DNA from: Rhodospirillales bacterium | GTDB taxonomy: Bacteria > Pseudomonadota > Alphaproteobacteria > Rhodospirillales > Casp-alpha2 | DNA length: 64,000 nt | Assembly: GCA_051117645.1 (NCBI GenBank) | Contig: JBNPEI010000001.1 | Span: forward strand, 14,717 to 78,716 | Reading direction: 5' to 3' | Part shown: positions 20,691 to 32,656 of the stretch, piece by piece | How positions within the stretch are numbered: the stretch's first letter is position 1 | How the letters are laid out: every line of letters starts with the position of its first letter | Notes under the pieces: generated by a model | Databases searched by the model: none | What the model was told of the DNA's origin: nothing | What the model saw: the letters and a program-made list of their open reading frames with translations, nothing else | Made by a program: the position numbers and the translations under genes

Positions 20691-21962
20691 TCACGGCCGT
20701 GTCTGCCCGGTGCCGCGCACCTTGTATTTCATGGATGTGAGCTGTTCGACACCGACCGGTCCGCGCGCGTGCAGCTTGCCCGTCGAGATGCCGATCTCGG
20801 CGCCCATGCCGAACTCACCGCCGTCGGCGAACTGGGTCGACGCGTTCCACATGACGATGGCGCTGTCGACGGTGTTCATGAAGGTTTCGGCAACCTGGGC
20901 GTCACCGGTGACGATGGCGTCTGTGTGATCGGAGCCGTGCGCACGGATAAACTCCACCGCATCATCGATGCCCGCGACCTGCTTTACAGCAATGACGCTG
21001 TCCAGGTACTCGGTGTCCCAGTCTTCGTCGGACGCCTCGCCGATGCGCGGATCGATGGCGCGGCTCTCGGCGTCGCCCCGGACCTCGCAGCCCTTCTCGA
21101 CCAGCCCGTCGACGATGGACTGCAGCATCGCCGGCGCGGCGTCGCGGTCGATCAGCAGATTCTCGGTCGCGCCGCAGATGCCGGTGCGGCGCATCTTGGC
21201 GTTGACCACGATGTCCCTGGCCATGGCCGGGTCGGCGGCGGCGTGGATATAGGTATGACAGATGCCTTCCAGGTGCTTGAACAGCGGCACCTTGCTTTCG
21301 TCGGTGACACGCTGGATCAGCGACTTGCCGCCACGCGGCACGATGACGTCGATGAACTCCGTCATGCGCAGCATCTCGCCCACCGCGGCGCGGTCCGTGG
21401 TCGGCACAAGCTGGATCGCGTTCTCCGGCAGGCCGGCGGCGGCGAGTCCCTCGGTCAGGCTTTCCATGATCGCGTGGCTGGAATGATAGCTTTCCGACCC
21501 GCCCCTGAGGATCGCGGCGTTGCCCGCCTTGAGGCACAGCCCGCCGGCGTCGGCGGTGACGTTGGGACGGCTTTCGTAGATCACGCCGATGACGCCGAGC
21601 GGCACGCGGACCCGCTCGATCTTCAATCCGTTCGGCCGGTCCCAGGCGCTGTCGACGACGCCGACCGGATCGGTCAGTTCGGCGATGGCTTCGAGGCCCC
21701 TGGCCATGCCCTCGACCCGCTCCTCGTTGAGAAGCAGACGGTCGAGGAGCGCGCCGGAAAGCCCCTTCTCCTCGCCCGCCCGGATGTCCTTGGCGTTCTC
21801 GGCAAGGATATGGTTGGCGCGTCGGCGCAGGCTCGCCGCCATTTCACGGAGCGCGGTGTTCTTGGCTTCGGACGACACGACGGCGAGCAGGGCCGCCGCA
21901 GCTTTCGCGTTCTCGCCCAGTTCCTGCATCATCGATGCGATGTTCGCCTGTCCGTCCATCAT
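20691..21962 (-). CDS. proA: glutamate-5-semialdehyde dehydrogenase
   Basis: 423-aa ORF with an aldehyde-dehydrogenase fold and ProA motifs ([29 protein letters not shown]). It is adjacent to proB. Confidence 0.95.
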   Translation of the reverse strand: MMDGQANIASMMQELGENAKAAAALLAVVSSEAKNTALREMAASLRRRANHILAENAKDIRAGEEKGLSGALLDRLLLNEERVEGMARGLEAIAELTDPVGVVDSAWDRPNGLKIERVRVPLGVIGVIYESRPNVTADAGGLCLKAGNAAILRGGSESYHSSHAIMESLTEGLAAAGLPENAIQLVPTTDRAAVGEMLRMTEFIDVIVPRGGKSLIQRVTDESKVPLFKHLEGICHTYIHAAADPAMARDIVVNAKMRRTGICGATENLLIDRDAAPAMLQSIVDGLVEKGCEVRGDAESRAIDPRIGEASDEDWDTEYLDSVIAVKQVAGIDDAVEFIRAHGSDHTDAIVTGDAQVAETFMNTVDSAIVMWNASTQFADGGEFGMGAEIGISTGKLHARGPVGVEQLTSMKYKVRGTGQTRP

Positions 21963-21968
21963 CTCACC

Positions 21969-24184
<2,216 letters not shown>

Positions 24185-24212
24185 TTAAACCTTCAACGCT
24201 GGCAAGCGAGGC

Positions 24213-24473
24213 TCAGCTCGCCGGCGGCAGCACCGAAACGACGGTCTTGCCGCCAGTCGTCTTCTTGAATTCAACCTGGCCTTCGGCAGTCGCGAAAATG
24301 GTGTGGTCGCGGCCGATACCGACGCCGTCGCCCGGGTGCACCTTGGTGCCGCGCTGGCGAATGATGATGTTGCCGGGAATAACGCTCTGGCCGCCGAACT
24401 TCTTGACGCCGAGGCGCCGGCCGGCGGAGTCACGTCCGTTGCGGGAGCTACCGCCTGCTTTCTTGTGTGCCAT
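24213..24473 (-). CDS. rpmA: 50S ribosomal protein L27
   Basis: 86-aa [37 protein letters not shown]. Confidence 0.95.
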   Translation of the reverse strand: MAHKKAGGSSRNGRDSAGRRLGVKKFGGQSVIPGNIIIRQRGTKVHPGDGVGIGRDHTIFATAEGQVEFKKTTGGKTVVSVLPPAS

Positions 24474-24479
24474 GGGGTC

Positions 24480-25061
24480 TTACTCCTTGGTTTTCTTCGC
24501 CGCGGACTTCTTGGCGGCGGCTTTCTTCGCAGGCGCCTTCTTGGCGGCCGTCTTTTTAGCAGCAGACTTTTTCTCCGCCGGCTTCTTGGCGGCCGTCTTC
24601 TTGGCGGCGGCTTTCTTGGCCGGCGCCTTCTTCGCTGCCTGCTTGGTTTCCGTTTTGGCCTCGGTCTTGGCGTCCTGCTGGCCGTCGGCCTTGTCCTCGG
24701 CGGTCTTGGCCGGGGCCTTCTTGGCCGCCGTCTTCGGCTTGGCGCCGGTCGGGCTCACTTCGACGACCTGAACGACCGTCTGTTCCTGACGGTGGCCTTT
24801 CTTGCGGCGATGGTTCTGGCGGCGCTGCTTCTTGAAGACGATGATCTTGTCCGCCCGCCCCTGTTCCAGCACTTCCGCGAACACGGCGGCCTTCTCGATC
24901 GTGGGCGTGCCCACGGTCGGCGCCTTGCCTTCCTCGCCGAGCATCAGCACATCGCCGAGCTCGATCACGTCACCGACATCGCCGGCCAGTTTCTCGACGA
25001 CCAGCTTGTCGTCCTTGGCAACCCTGTACTGCTTGCCACCGCTTTTCACTACTGCGAACAT
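24480..25061 (-). CDS. rplU: 50S ribosomal protein L21 with Lys/Ala-rich C-terminal extension
   Basis: The L21 core begins at the internal ATG at 25061 ([14 protein letters not shown]). The track ORF start (25211) adds 50 non-L21 residues. The C-terminal ~90 aa are AKKxAAKK-type repeats. Confidence 0.9.
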   Translation of the reverse strand: MFAVVKSGGKQYRVAKDDKLVVEKLAGDVGDVIELGDVLMLGEEGKAPTVGTPTIEKAAVFAEVLEQGRADKIIVFKKQRRQNHRRKKGHRQEQTVVQVVEVSPTGAKPKTAAKKAPAKTAEDKADGQQDAKTEAKTETKQAAKKAPAKKAAAKKTAAKKPAEKKSAAKKTAAKKAPAKKAAAKKSAAKKTKE

Positions 25062-25313
25062 GATCGCCTCTAAATTCTCATATCGAAGGGGCCTGAGGGC
25101 ACCCTGCCCACGGCCTCGCTCGGAAGGGCGGCAATATACCCGTGCCCCGCGCGTTGTCAATGGCGGAAACGCGGGTTTTTCCGGGGTTTTTTCAAGGATG
25201 TTGCGGTACACATCCCCGGGCCCGGATTTTCCGCATAGATGGCTTGCCCGGGCCGGGCCGATTGGCTACATTCCGCGCTCCCCGGCGTGGCCCAAGGCCG
25301 CGCCCGCCAGTGC

Positions 25314-25404
<91 letters not shown>

Positions 25405-25723
25405 CGCCCCGTCTTAGGGCTACGGAAATCCATAAAAAACGCAATGTTGACAAAGATTTAGGCGGAATCGCCTGAAAAATTTTGCAAGAGTCAACAGGCA
25501 GGTTTGCATTCGCCTGAATTGGGTCGAAATCCTTAATATCATTTTAACTAGCCAAAACCTCTAGCAATGCTCTAGCAAGATCTGGTTGGAAACAGCGTCA
25601 CAATGGACATCAACATCCAAGTCCCCGCCTTGTTCTAAATTGGCTGAGCGGTCTAAATTATCTCGGACTTGAAAACTCTGACATCCATCGAGACTGTCGA
25701 GTTGAACGGTGCCGATACCTAGA

Positions 25724-25829
25724 TGTGTCTGGCAGACGAGCGGCCGCGGATCGCCGAGCACAAGATCAACCGGATCGATGAACTGTTGCCCTGGAACTGG
25801 AAAACCGCTGCGATGGAGGTTGCCAAATG
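25724..25829 (+). pseudogene. IS66-family transposase, C-terminal fragment
   Basis: A short frame reads CLADERPRIAEHKINRIDELLPWNWKTAAMEVAK*, preceded by an in-frame stop. The ...IDELLPWNW... ending is characteristic of IS66 TnpC C-termini, recognised from memory. Confidence 0.55.
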
Positions 25830-26198
25830 AGAGGTCCGACGTTACCCGCGGCCGAAAAAGCCGCCATCACGGCCGCATGCCAGGCGTTCATCGATACCGT
25901 CCTGAAACCCCGGTTCCTGCCGGTCGTCACTCCGACCCAATTCAATTACCCGATCGACATTCAGGGCAAATGGCACGGAAGCAAGTACCGGTTCCTGCAA
26001 CGCTACCGCTCGGGCTTCGCCGATAACCTCGGCGAGGAATTCGACGCCCCCTTCACTCGTATCGACTGGATCGGCCGCGACCGATTCGATATCCAATGGC
26101 ACCGTCACACCGGCCAATGGTTCCGCGTCCATCAAGGCCTCACGCTCAAAGCCGCCCTGCACGCCATCGAAACCGACGAGTTCCTTCACCCCGTCTGA
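25827..26198 (+). CDS. hypothetical protein (DUF3024-like?)
   Basis: 123-aa ORF whose ATG overlaps the stop of the IS66 fragment. The weak resemblance (DIQWHRHTGQWFRV...LKAALHAIETD) to DUF3024-type proteins is from memory only. Confidence 0.45.
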   Translation: MRGPTLPAAEKAAITAACQAFIDTVLKPRFLPVVTPTQFNYPIDIQGKWHGSKYRFLQRYRSGFADNLGEEFDAPFTRIDWIGRDRFDIQWHRHTGQWFRVHQGLTLKAALHAIETDEFLHPV

Positions 26199-26368
26199 TT
26201 AACGCCCTTCACCGGACGGATACGATCGGGCAGCCACTTGAAGATCAAATTGGCATTCATCGAATAGCGCCTGGCAACCTGCGCCACCGATACCCCCGGT
26301 GCCTGCGTCTGAGCGCAGATCGAACGCTTCTCATCCAATGACCAATGCCGACGCTGAAGGCCGCACAT
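26186..26368 (-). pseudogene. IS66-family accessory protein TnpA (orf1), N-terminal fragment
   Basis: 60-aa ORF RRHWSLDEKRSICAQTQAPGVSVAQVARRYSMNANLIFKWL matches the HTH N-terminus of IS66 orf1 proteins. Unrelated residues and a stop then follow. Confidence 0.6.
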
Positions 26369-26522
26369 CTCGAAACCCTGGTGCCCACTTATCCTTGGTG
26401 GGCACTATCGCCGAAAAGTCGACCCTTCGTCAGAGCGGGTTCGTCGGACGCTTGCCTTAATACCTCGACCGCGGCGCGTGAAGCATCTAACGTCGAGCAC
26501 CTACCCACCTGGAGCGCTGCTC

Positions 26523-26930
26523 ATGAATCCCCTGATTATTGTGGGCGCCACCCTTTTATTGGCGACACCAGCGCTTGCCGAGAAGTGCGTTGAAGACTTT
26601 AAAAAGATCTATGGCGATGCAGACCAGAGGCCTGCTGATGCCAATTTCCTGGACGCGGCCGAAACCTGTGGGGTTGCTCTAAAATACGTCCGGCTTACTG
26701 GCCGGAACGGCAGCCAGATTTCCGACGTTATGAATAAGTTCTTCAGTTCCTGTCCGTTCAACGAGTACACCACAGAGCTGGCACGCCGATCATATGAGCG
26801 TTCACAGAAATTATCTAATGTGGAACGTGAATATGTTGATCCGACGACAGCCGCCTTCCTGGCTGACGCCAGAATATGCTATTGCATTGAAGCGTCACGC
26901 GCGCTTCTAAACAAAGGTGTCTGCAGATAA
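26523..26930 (+). CDS. hypothetical secreted protein
   Basis: The ORF has a plausible Sec signal peptide starting at the internal ATG (MNPLIIVGATLLLATPALA-EK). I recognise no domain. Confidence 0.45.
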   Translation: MNPLIIVGATLLLATPALAEKCVEDFKKIYGDADQRPADANFLDAAETCGVALKYVRLTGRNGSQISDVMNKFFSSCPFNEYTTELARRSYERSQKLSNVEREYVDPTTAAFLADARICYCIEASRALLNKGVCR

Positions 26931-27076
26931 GATCCGTAGCGGAGGCGGGGAGTCGACAAGTCACTGTCTAACCGTGATTTTATTGCCCGTGAACAACGCG
27001 CAAGCCTTTGAGATAGCTTCGGTGACCTAATGGGATGAACCCTACAATGGATTGGGGCCTCACAAATAAATATGGC

Positions 27077-28387
27077 TCAGTAACTTGGCCAGTTGAATTC
27101 GCGCACAAACTGAGCGTAAAAATTCACTTTCAAGAATTCCAGGTCATCAACCCATTTTTCAATCGCCTGACTGGACGGGTGGCGCTTCCTTTTTTGTTGC
27201 TTGGTAAAAGAGGCTAATGAATAAGCCAACTTTCGTAGCCTCACTGCTGAAGCGGGTTTACCCCAGTCTCTTAGATATTCTTCACTTAATTCGGATGGTA
27301 GCGCCAAACCGCCTTCAAAAAGCAAGGTCAGCAAACGACGGCGCTGCCTAGAATCTGGCCCATCTACTCGTACTGTGTAGCCCAGCAAAGAGAGCGCGCC
27401 TGATTCATTCAGTGCCTCGTTGAAAGGGTTAACTGTCGACCCGAAATACACTTCTACGGATGGCCATTCAAAATAATCATCGACGCCGACTAACTTGATC
27501 TTGGTAAAAGATTTTTGTGTATTCAAAAGCTGTTCAAAAAAATTGATGTTGAATGACACCCATTGTCTTTTACCTCGCTCCAAGCGCTTCTTGACTGCTT
27601 TCATATTTCGCAGACGTCCCTGAATGTCGTCGATGCTTAGAGCGTAAAAGAACGTAGGGTCAGTGATGATTCTATCGTAGATTTTTTTCTGAATATCGAA
27701 GTCTTTGGTCGTTTGTGGCTCTACGACACCACTCGGTCGACGGGAAATATCATTCTTCTCAGATGATGGTTTTTGTGCCTTCTTCTCGCTCTTCTTTTTT
27801 CTCGCTTCCTTCTTTTTTTCAGCTTTTTTCAAGTATTTCTCTAAGGGCTCGCTGACTGTGCCATCAGGCAACTCGGCTAGAATTTTTTTAATTGCACTAA
27901 TTCTCTCTCCTACAGGCTTGGTGCCGAGGTAATTTGTCAAAGACTGCATGTTTCTAGAGTTAAGGACTGCTTTTCCGTCAATGAGAGAACTCCGCACTTC
28001 TAAATATAGCCGTTCTCTCAGCTCTTTCTTTTGACTCTTAGTAAGCGGCTTATTCGCGGACTTTCGGGTTGTTCTTTTCTGGGGCCCCCATGAATTCTCA
28101 GCTAACAGAGTTGGATTTGAAGATTGGAAGGTCGCCAACGCATCACGGCGGGCTTTTTCACGGCTTAAGACCTGACGTAGAAAGGCCTCATCGTCTGCCC
28201 CGGCGACCTCAATATAAGGGTTAAGGAGGTTTTCCGGAGCTTTGCCAAGGCTCATTTTAGAGGCCTTTCTGGATATTTCGTCACGGTCGGAAGGCCGCAT
28301 CACCTCACCTCGGCGAAGCCGCTCGGTAAGATTGCCAATCGAATCGCGTTTTGGCTGCTTTCGACGCCCTGATTTACTCTTCGCCAT
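27077..28387 (-). CDS. hypothetical protein, highly basic (Lys/Arg-rich) N-terminal half
   Basis: 436-aa ORF with K/R-rich low-complexity stretches (KKAEKKKEARKKKSEKKAQK) and a globular C-terminal half. It lies 38 nt downstream of the nuclease-like ORFs on the same strand. Confidence 0.6.
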   Translation of the reverse strand: MAKSKSGRRKQPKRDSIGNLTERLRRGEVMRPSDRDEISRKASKMSLGKAPENLLNPYIEVAGADDEAFLRQVLSREKARRDALATFQSSNPTLLAENSWGPQKRTTRKSANKPLTKSQKKELRERLYLEVRSSLIDGKAVLNSRNMQSLTNYLGTKPVGERISAIKKILAELPDGTVSEPLEKYLKKAEKKKEARKKKSEKKAQKPSSEKNDISRRPSGVVEPQTTKDFDIQKKIYDRIITDPTFFYALSIDDIQGRLRNMKAVKKRLERGKRQWVSFNINFFEQLLNTQKSFTKIKLVGVDDYFEWPSVEVYFGSTVNPFNEALNESGALSLLGYTVRVDGPDSRQRRRLLTLLFEGGLALPSELSEEYLRDWGKPASAVRLRKLAYSLASFTKQQKRKRHPSSQAIEKWVDDLEFLKVNFYAQFVREFNWPSY

Positions 28388-28425
28388 GGCTGAGAACCTC
28401 GGATTAAATTACTGAGCACAAGCTT

Positions 28426-29330
28426 CTATGGCTGAAAAACCGATTGAATTGCCTGTCCATGGTCCACAACACCCTCAATATCAGACGCCGCAAAAGCGCT
28501 TATCAGATCCTGATATGTAACAGGCACAAACGTAACCTCATCACCCGCAACCAGATCGGCGAACGTGATGATTTCTTTCCTATGACGTTCCTTCTTAAAC
28601 GCATCGACGTCTCGCCCATCGGGCCATTTCTTGGGCTCAGCGGTCAAGTAGACGAGGCAGGGTCGTTTACTTCGCCGACTAGCCTCCGTTCTTAAACCAA
28701 ACGCATGCTTTACCAATTGAACCGCATCAAGGTGGTCGAAAATCAGCTTTGATTGAGATATTTGGTCACGAGCATATTCGTATCGGCTCATCTGCTCACC
28801 CCAGACAGGCCGCCAATAGGCCTCAGAAATACACCCTTCGACTTCCTTCGATACGGCTCATACCTTTTCGACTCGACCCCGATGATATGTGTCTTCGTCT
28901 CAACATAGGCGTCGAGCCATGGATGACGGCCTCTCGGCCACCAGGGGAACGGTGCGGTTCGTTCAATCCCAATTTCTACCGCAGGCCAGCCACATCGTTC
29001 TGTGCCGGGTATGTGCGGCAGCGTTGCTGGCTGCTCAAAGAAAAAGCCAAACGTATTGGCGGCAAGCGCGGCGGAAGACTCAGGGTTCAACAACTTGCCA
29101 CTTTTGATTTCATTGCCGGGGAACGCGCCAAAAGCTACATAGATCGGGTCACGAGGCAGATACTCGAGCAGCCCATCGTCTGCCAATTTGGGACTGATGT
29201 TTTTCGCTTTAACGCCGCTCATCCAATAACTCAAACAAACACCAATGCCCAAGATGGGCACATCCGTTTGTATGACCAAAACAGGCATAATGCTATTATA
29301 AGTGTAGTAGCGGATCGCTATTGATACCAT
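28426..29330 (-). pseudogene. PD-(D/E)XK nuclease-like gene split by a frameshift (two overlapping ORFs 28788-29330 and 28426-28791)
   Basis: The upstream ORF carries a D...E-x-K signature (HPWLDAYVETKTHIIGVESKRYEP). The downstream frame stays open upstream of its ATG (ISEAYWRPVWGEQ-MSRYEY...), so one indel near ~28830 would fuse the two. Confidence 0.5.
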
Positions 29331-29405
29331 TCGTCAAACTAACGCATGCGTACTCAAACAAATGCGCCAGGCAAGAGAGAAAGAACGATAGGTCAGGGGG
29401 TGGAT

Positions 29406-30266
29406 ATGCCAGCACGGCAAGTTAATAGTTTTGATCATCGTGAGTTCCAGGTCGTTGTCGCGCAAAACGATGATGGCTCATTCGTTGCTATAGGCAGGGA
29501 CAAAGACCGCAAAGAGCTCGCCCGGCTTACAGCAGATAGCCAGGACGCCGTTACCAACGAAATCAAAACGGCACTGAACGCCAAATCAAATGATTTCGTT
29601 GATATCAATGGTGCCATCAACCTTTTCCGAAAGCCCTTTCCAGAAGATTTTTCCGACCCGTTCTTTCGACACCATGAGGGAGACTACAAGGAAAACGCAC
29701 GTCTATTTATCATTGAACATTTGGGAAAAGATGTTTTAGAGACCTTACTGAGTGCGAAGTCTTTCGAGCAGATCAGTGTGAATGCACTTAGATGTGTGCA
29801 GAAAACCAATTTACCGTCACCTTTCGAGAAGACGAAGTTGAACGGCTTTTTATCCAAGGAAAAGAACCACGAGCCATTTTCAAACGCCCTTTACGATCTT
29901 CTCTACGGCAATGATTTCGACAATGCGCTCAAGTCAATGGCCAAAATACTGGCACCTGATGATGCCGCGAAATGGCCAATTATCACCTATTGGCCGTTTT
30001 TTTGCCTGCCGGATCATCACATGTATATGAAACCGGAGATTGTCCAGAACACGGCCTATCGGCTTGGTTTTGAATTAAGCTACGAGTCTTATCCAAACCC
30101 GCAATCGTACAAATCGTTGCTTGAGCTTACCTATTTCATTCGCGATGGCATCGCGGCAATGAAGCCCTCTTCAAACATCGACATTCAGTCATTTATGTAT
30201 GTGGTCGCCAAAGATAACTACGTCGCTGAGGCGATTGAGTGTCGTAAGATTTGGGAAGGCAACTAA
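29406..30266 (+). CDS. hypothetical protein
   Basis: The ORF is 306 aa from 29346 and 286 aa from the ATG at 29406, which is preceded by a purine-rich GGGGGTGGA. I recognise no domain. It is convergent with the GmrSD gene. Confidence 0.55.
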   Translation: MPARQVNSFDHREFQVVVAQNDDGSFVAIGRDKDRKELARLTADSQDAVTNEIKTALNAKSNDFVDINGAINLFRKPFPEDFSDPFFRHHEGDYKENARLFIIEHLGKDVLETLLSAKSFEQISVNALRCVQKTNLPSPFEKTKLNGFLSKEKNHEPFSNALYDLLYGNDFDNALKSMAKILAPDDAAKWPIITYWPFFCLPDHHMYMKPEIVQNTAYRLGFELSYESYPNPQSYKSLLELTYFIRDGIAAMKPSSNIDIQSFMYVVAKDNYVAEAIECRKIWEGN

Positions 30267-30308
30267 TGCACGCGTTCGACAAGATACTGCCTGTAACTCG
30301 CGTCAATA

Positions 30309-32303
30309 TCACATGCGCCAAATATTCACTGCTGCCTTCGCCAAAGTGGCGCCGCGCGTGCTGATTGTTTTCTCATTCCAACCTGTTTCGCTAGCGATTG
30401 CTTTATTCAGCATTAACGTCGACTGATCTGCAAATTCCTTGCGTTTCACATCAAACGCATAATTCTGAACAGAGCTGTTGAAGGACGGCGTTACTAGGGT
30501 CAGATTTCCCACACTATGCAGCAACCGATTACGACGCACAATTTGGCCAATCATTGAATCGTCCTCGGTATGTTCAAATAATGCCCGGAAAAAATCGTCA
30601 TCCGTCGGCTCTTCATCGCAATCAAGCGGCCAATGCTCATGCCACGATTGCGGCAACACATGCTCTACGCTTAAACCATCTGGAAGGGTTTTCTCTTCTT
30701 GCTTCTTCCCTCGCAATGAAAGCTCTAGTTCACATAGGAAAGCATTAGTTCTAGCGGAACCGAGATTCTTGTACATAGGCGCGTCAATCACCGCACGCTC
30801 AAACTCTTCATCTTGCGGGTAACGAGTACTTTCTGCCGACTGCTTTTGAATGAATGCATGGAGGTTGTCGATACTCCACCCACTCTGGTCTAGAAACTCT
30901 ACAACTGTAAGAAAGAATTTGTTGTAGTTCTTTGTCGTCAGCCCACAAACAGCGCGCCTTACGACAAACGACAAAATCGAACTTAGTGCTACCTTCTTTT
31001 CTTCCGTCTCCAGCTGATCTGTGTCCCATAGCCGAAGAACCAAAGGGTATACGGTTGTCACATCCCAGCGCCGAAGCTTTTTGGAGAACTTCGCAAGATC
31101 AGTGCCGCTTTTACGCTCAATTAAGTCACGGTAAATCCCGCCAAACCTTGCGAGATCTAGAAGTTCGGACTCGACTGTTGCATATCGTGGTTCTGTTTGG
31201 CCCTTCTTAGGTTGGAGATACGACTTGTACTCTGAGAACAATTTTGAAAGCGAAACCTCACCTGCAATTTTTCCCGCGATGAAATTCGAGAGAAAAAACT
31301 CAATTCTTTGCTTTTTGTACCTCCCCTGCTTCTCTTCTTCCGCCCAGAACACATCCTCGAATGGTTTCCAGTGTTTGGCGAATAGCGCTTCTGCATCCTC
31401 TTGCGACGCATCGGCTCGTTGAAAGATATTGTTGCGGACCAGATCAGCAGCTAGGAGCGGCTCACCGCGTTCGTTTAGGGTTTCAAAAATGACCTGCGCA
31501 TCGTCCCCCTCATCCAAAACGATTTCGACAATCTTGAATTCCTCCAACAAAGACTGCCAGATCGCATCCAATTTTAGTTCTTTTGGGATTTCTTCGGCTG
31601 AGACCTCCGGCACCCCTTCTAATTCCTGGTCGGATTCGTCCTCTACTTCCGGCTCGTCAGGTTCTTCAACGTCAAGCAAATCGTCAGTGAGATCGTCGGT
31701 TTCTACGGCCAGTTTGATATGGTCATAAAAATAGCCATACGCGCCCAACAAATTTGGCGTTGAGCGCTGGATACGGATCTGATCGCGTTTTTTGTTCTTG
31801 TACCAGTGGTCAATATACTTGTCGCGGAGAGCTGCTCGGTCAGGAAACAAGATTAGGTCTTTAAATAATTCTCGATCATATTCGGTCGGCCAAACCTTCA
31901 GAACCTCAACAGCAGGGTCTTCCATCAGATGCGGGTCACTGTTCATAAGATAGCGTTTGATGTTCTCGGCAGCTGTTTCATAACCGAGTTCAATGGCGTA
32001 GTGGCGGGCGGCCGTAAGAAATAACTGAAATGTCGTTAGACGTTGTTGCCCATCCACGACCTGGAATGAAGGAACCTGCTTTACACTTGGTTTCCCCCTA
32101 CTTTCTAGAACAAGTGCCCCCATGAAGTGCGAAAATCGACGTTCGCGGCCGTCTAAACGCTCTATCGCCTTCGTACGGACATCGAACCAGAAAGGCTCCC
32201 ACTGCTTTGTCCATTCCCAGACATAATGTCGTTGATAGATCGGCACACAGTACCTGTTTCTGTTTTGTAACAACGTTCCAACTTCGACAGGTCCGGCCTT
32301 CAT
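30309..32303 (-). CDS. GmrSD-family type IV (modification-dependent) restriction endonuclease, DUF262 + DUF1524
   Basis: 664-aa ORF. The N-terminus has ParB-like DUF262 motifs (IPIYQRHYVWE, VVDGQQRLTT). The C-terminus has a His-Me/HNH-like DUF1524 region (SVEHVLPQSW ... VGNLTLVTPSFNSSVQN). Confidence 0.85.
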   Translation of the reverse strand: MKAGPVEVGTLLQNRNRYCVPIYQRHYVWEWTKQWEPFWFDVRTKAIERLDGRERRFSHFMGALVLESRGKPSVKQVPSFQVVDGQQRLTTFQLFLTAARHYAIELGYETAAENIKRYLMNSDPHLMEDPAVEVLKVWPTEYDRELFKDLILFPDRAALRDKYIDHWYKNKKRDQIRIQRSTPNLLGAYGYFYDHIKLAVETDDLTDDLLDVEEPDEPEVEDESDQELEGVPEVSAEEIPKELKLDAIWQSLLEEFKIVEIVLDEGDDAQVIFETLNERGEPLLAADLVRNNIFQRADASQEDAEALFAKHWKPFEDVFWAEEEKQGRYKKQRIEFFLSNFIAGKIAGEVSLSKLFSEYKSYLQPKKGQTEPRYATVESELLDLARFGGIYRDLIERKSGTDLAKFSKKLRRWDVTTVYPLVLRLWDTDQLETEEKKVALSSILSFVVRRAVCGLTTKNYNKFFLTVVEFLDQSGWSIDNLHAFIQKQSAESTRYPQDEEFERAVIDAPMYKNLGSARTNAFLCELELSLRGKKQEEKTLPDGLSVEHVLPQSWHEHWPLDCDEEPTDDDFFRALFEHTEDDSMIGQIVRRNRLLHSVGNLTLVTPSFNSSVQNYAFDVKRKEFADQSTLMLNKAIASETGWNEKTISTRGATLAKAAVNIWRM

Positions 32304-32656
32304 CTTTCACCCCTAAAAAGATACAATTTGGCAATCATGCTCGGTTAGAGATTGCTTGAGGTCAAGGTCAGCATCTCTGATGGCGAATTGAGACTACGAA
32401 CCGCCCATAGACTTAAACCGCAGAGATGTAAGGAGTGCGGATTTTGCTTATACCGACACCGAGGAGCTTTTTACACAGTGTTCCAATGCGCTAAGTACAA
32501 ATCTGATACCAGTTAAAATTTAAGCTGTGCATGAATTGGCCCGTTGTAAAACATCCACCCGGCACTGGATGCGTTGGACTATGTCTGGACGCAGATGAGA
32601 TTTCAGTAATCTGGGCCAACCCTCGAATTGCCTGACAAGCAGTGCAAACGCGTCTC

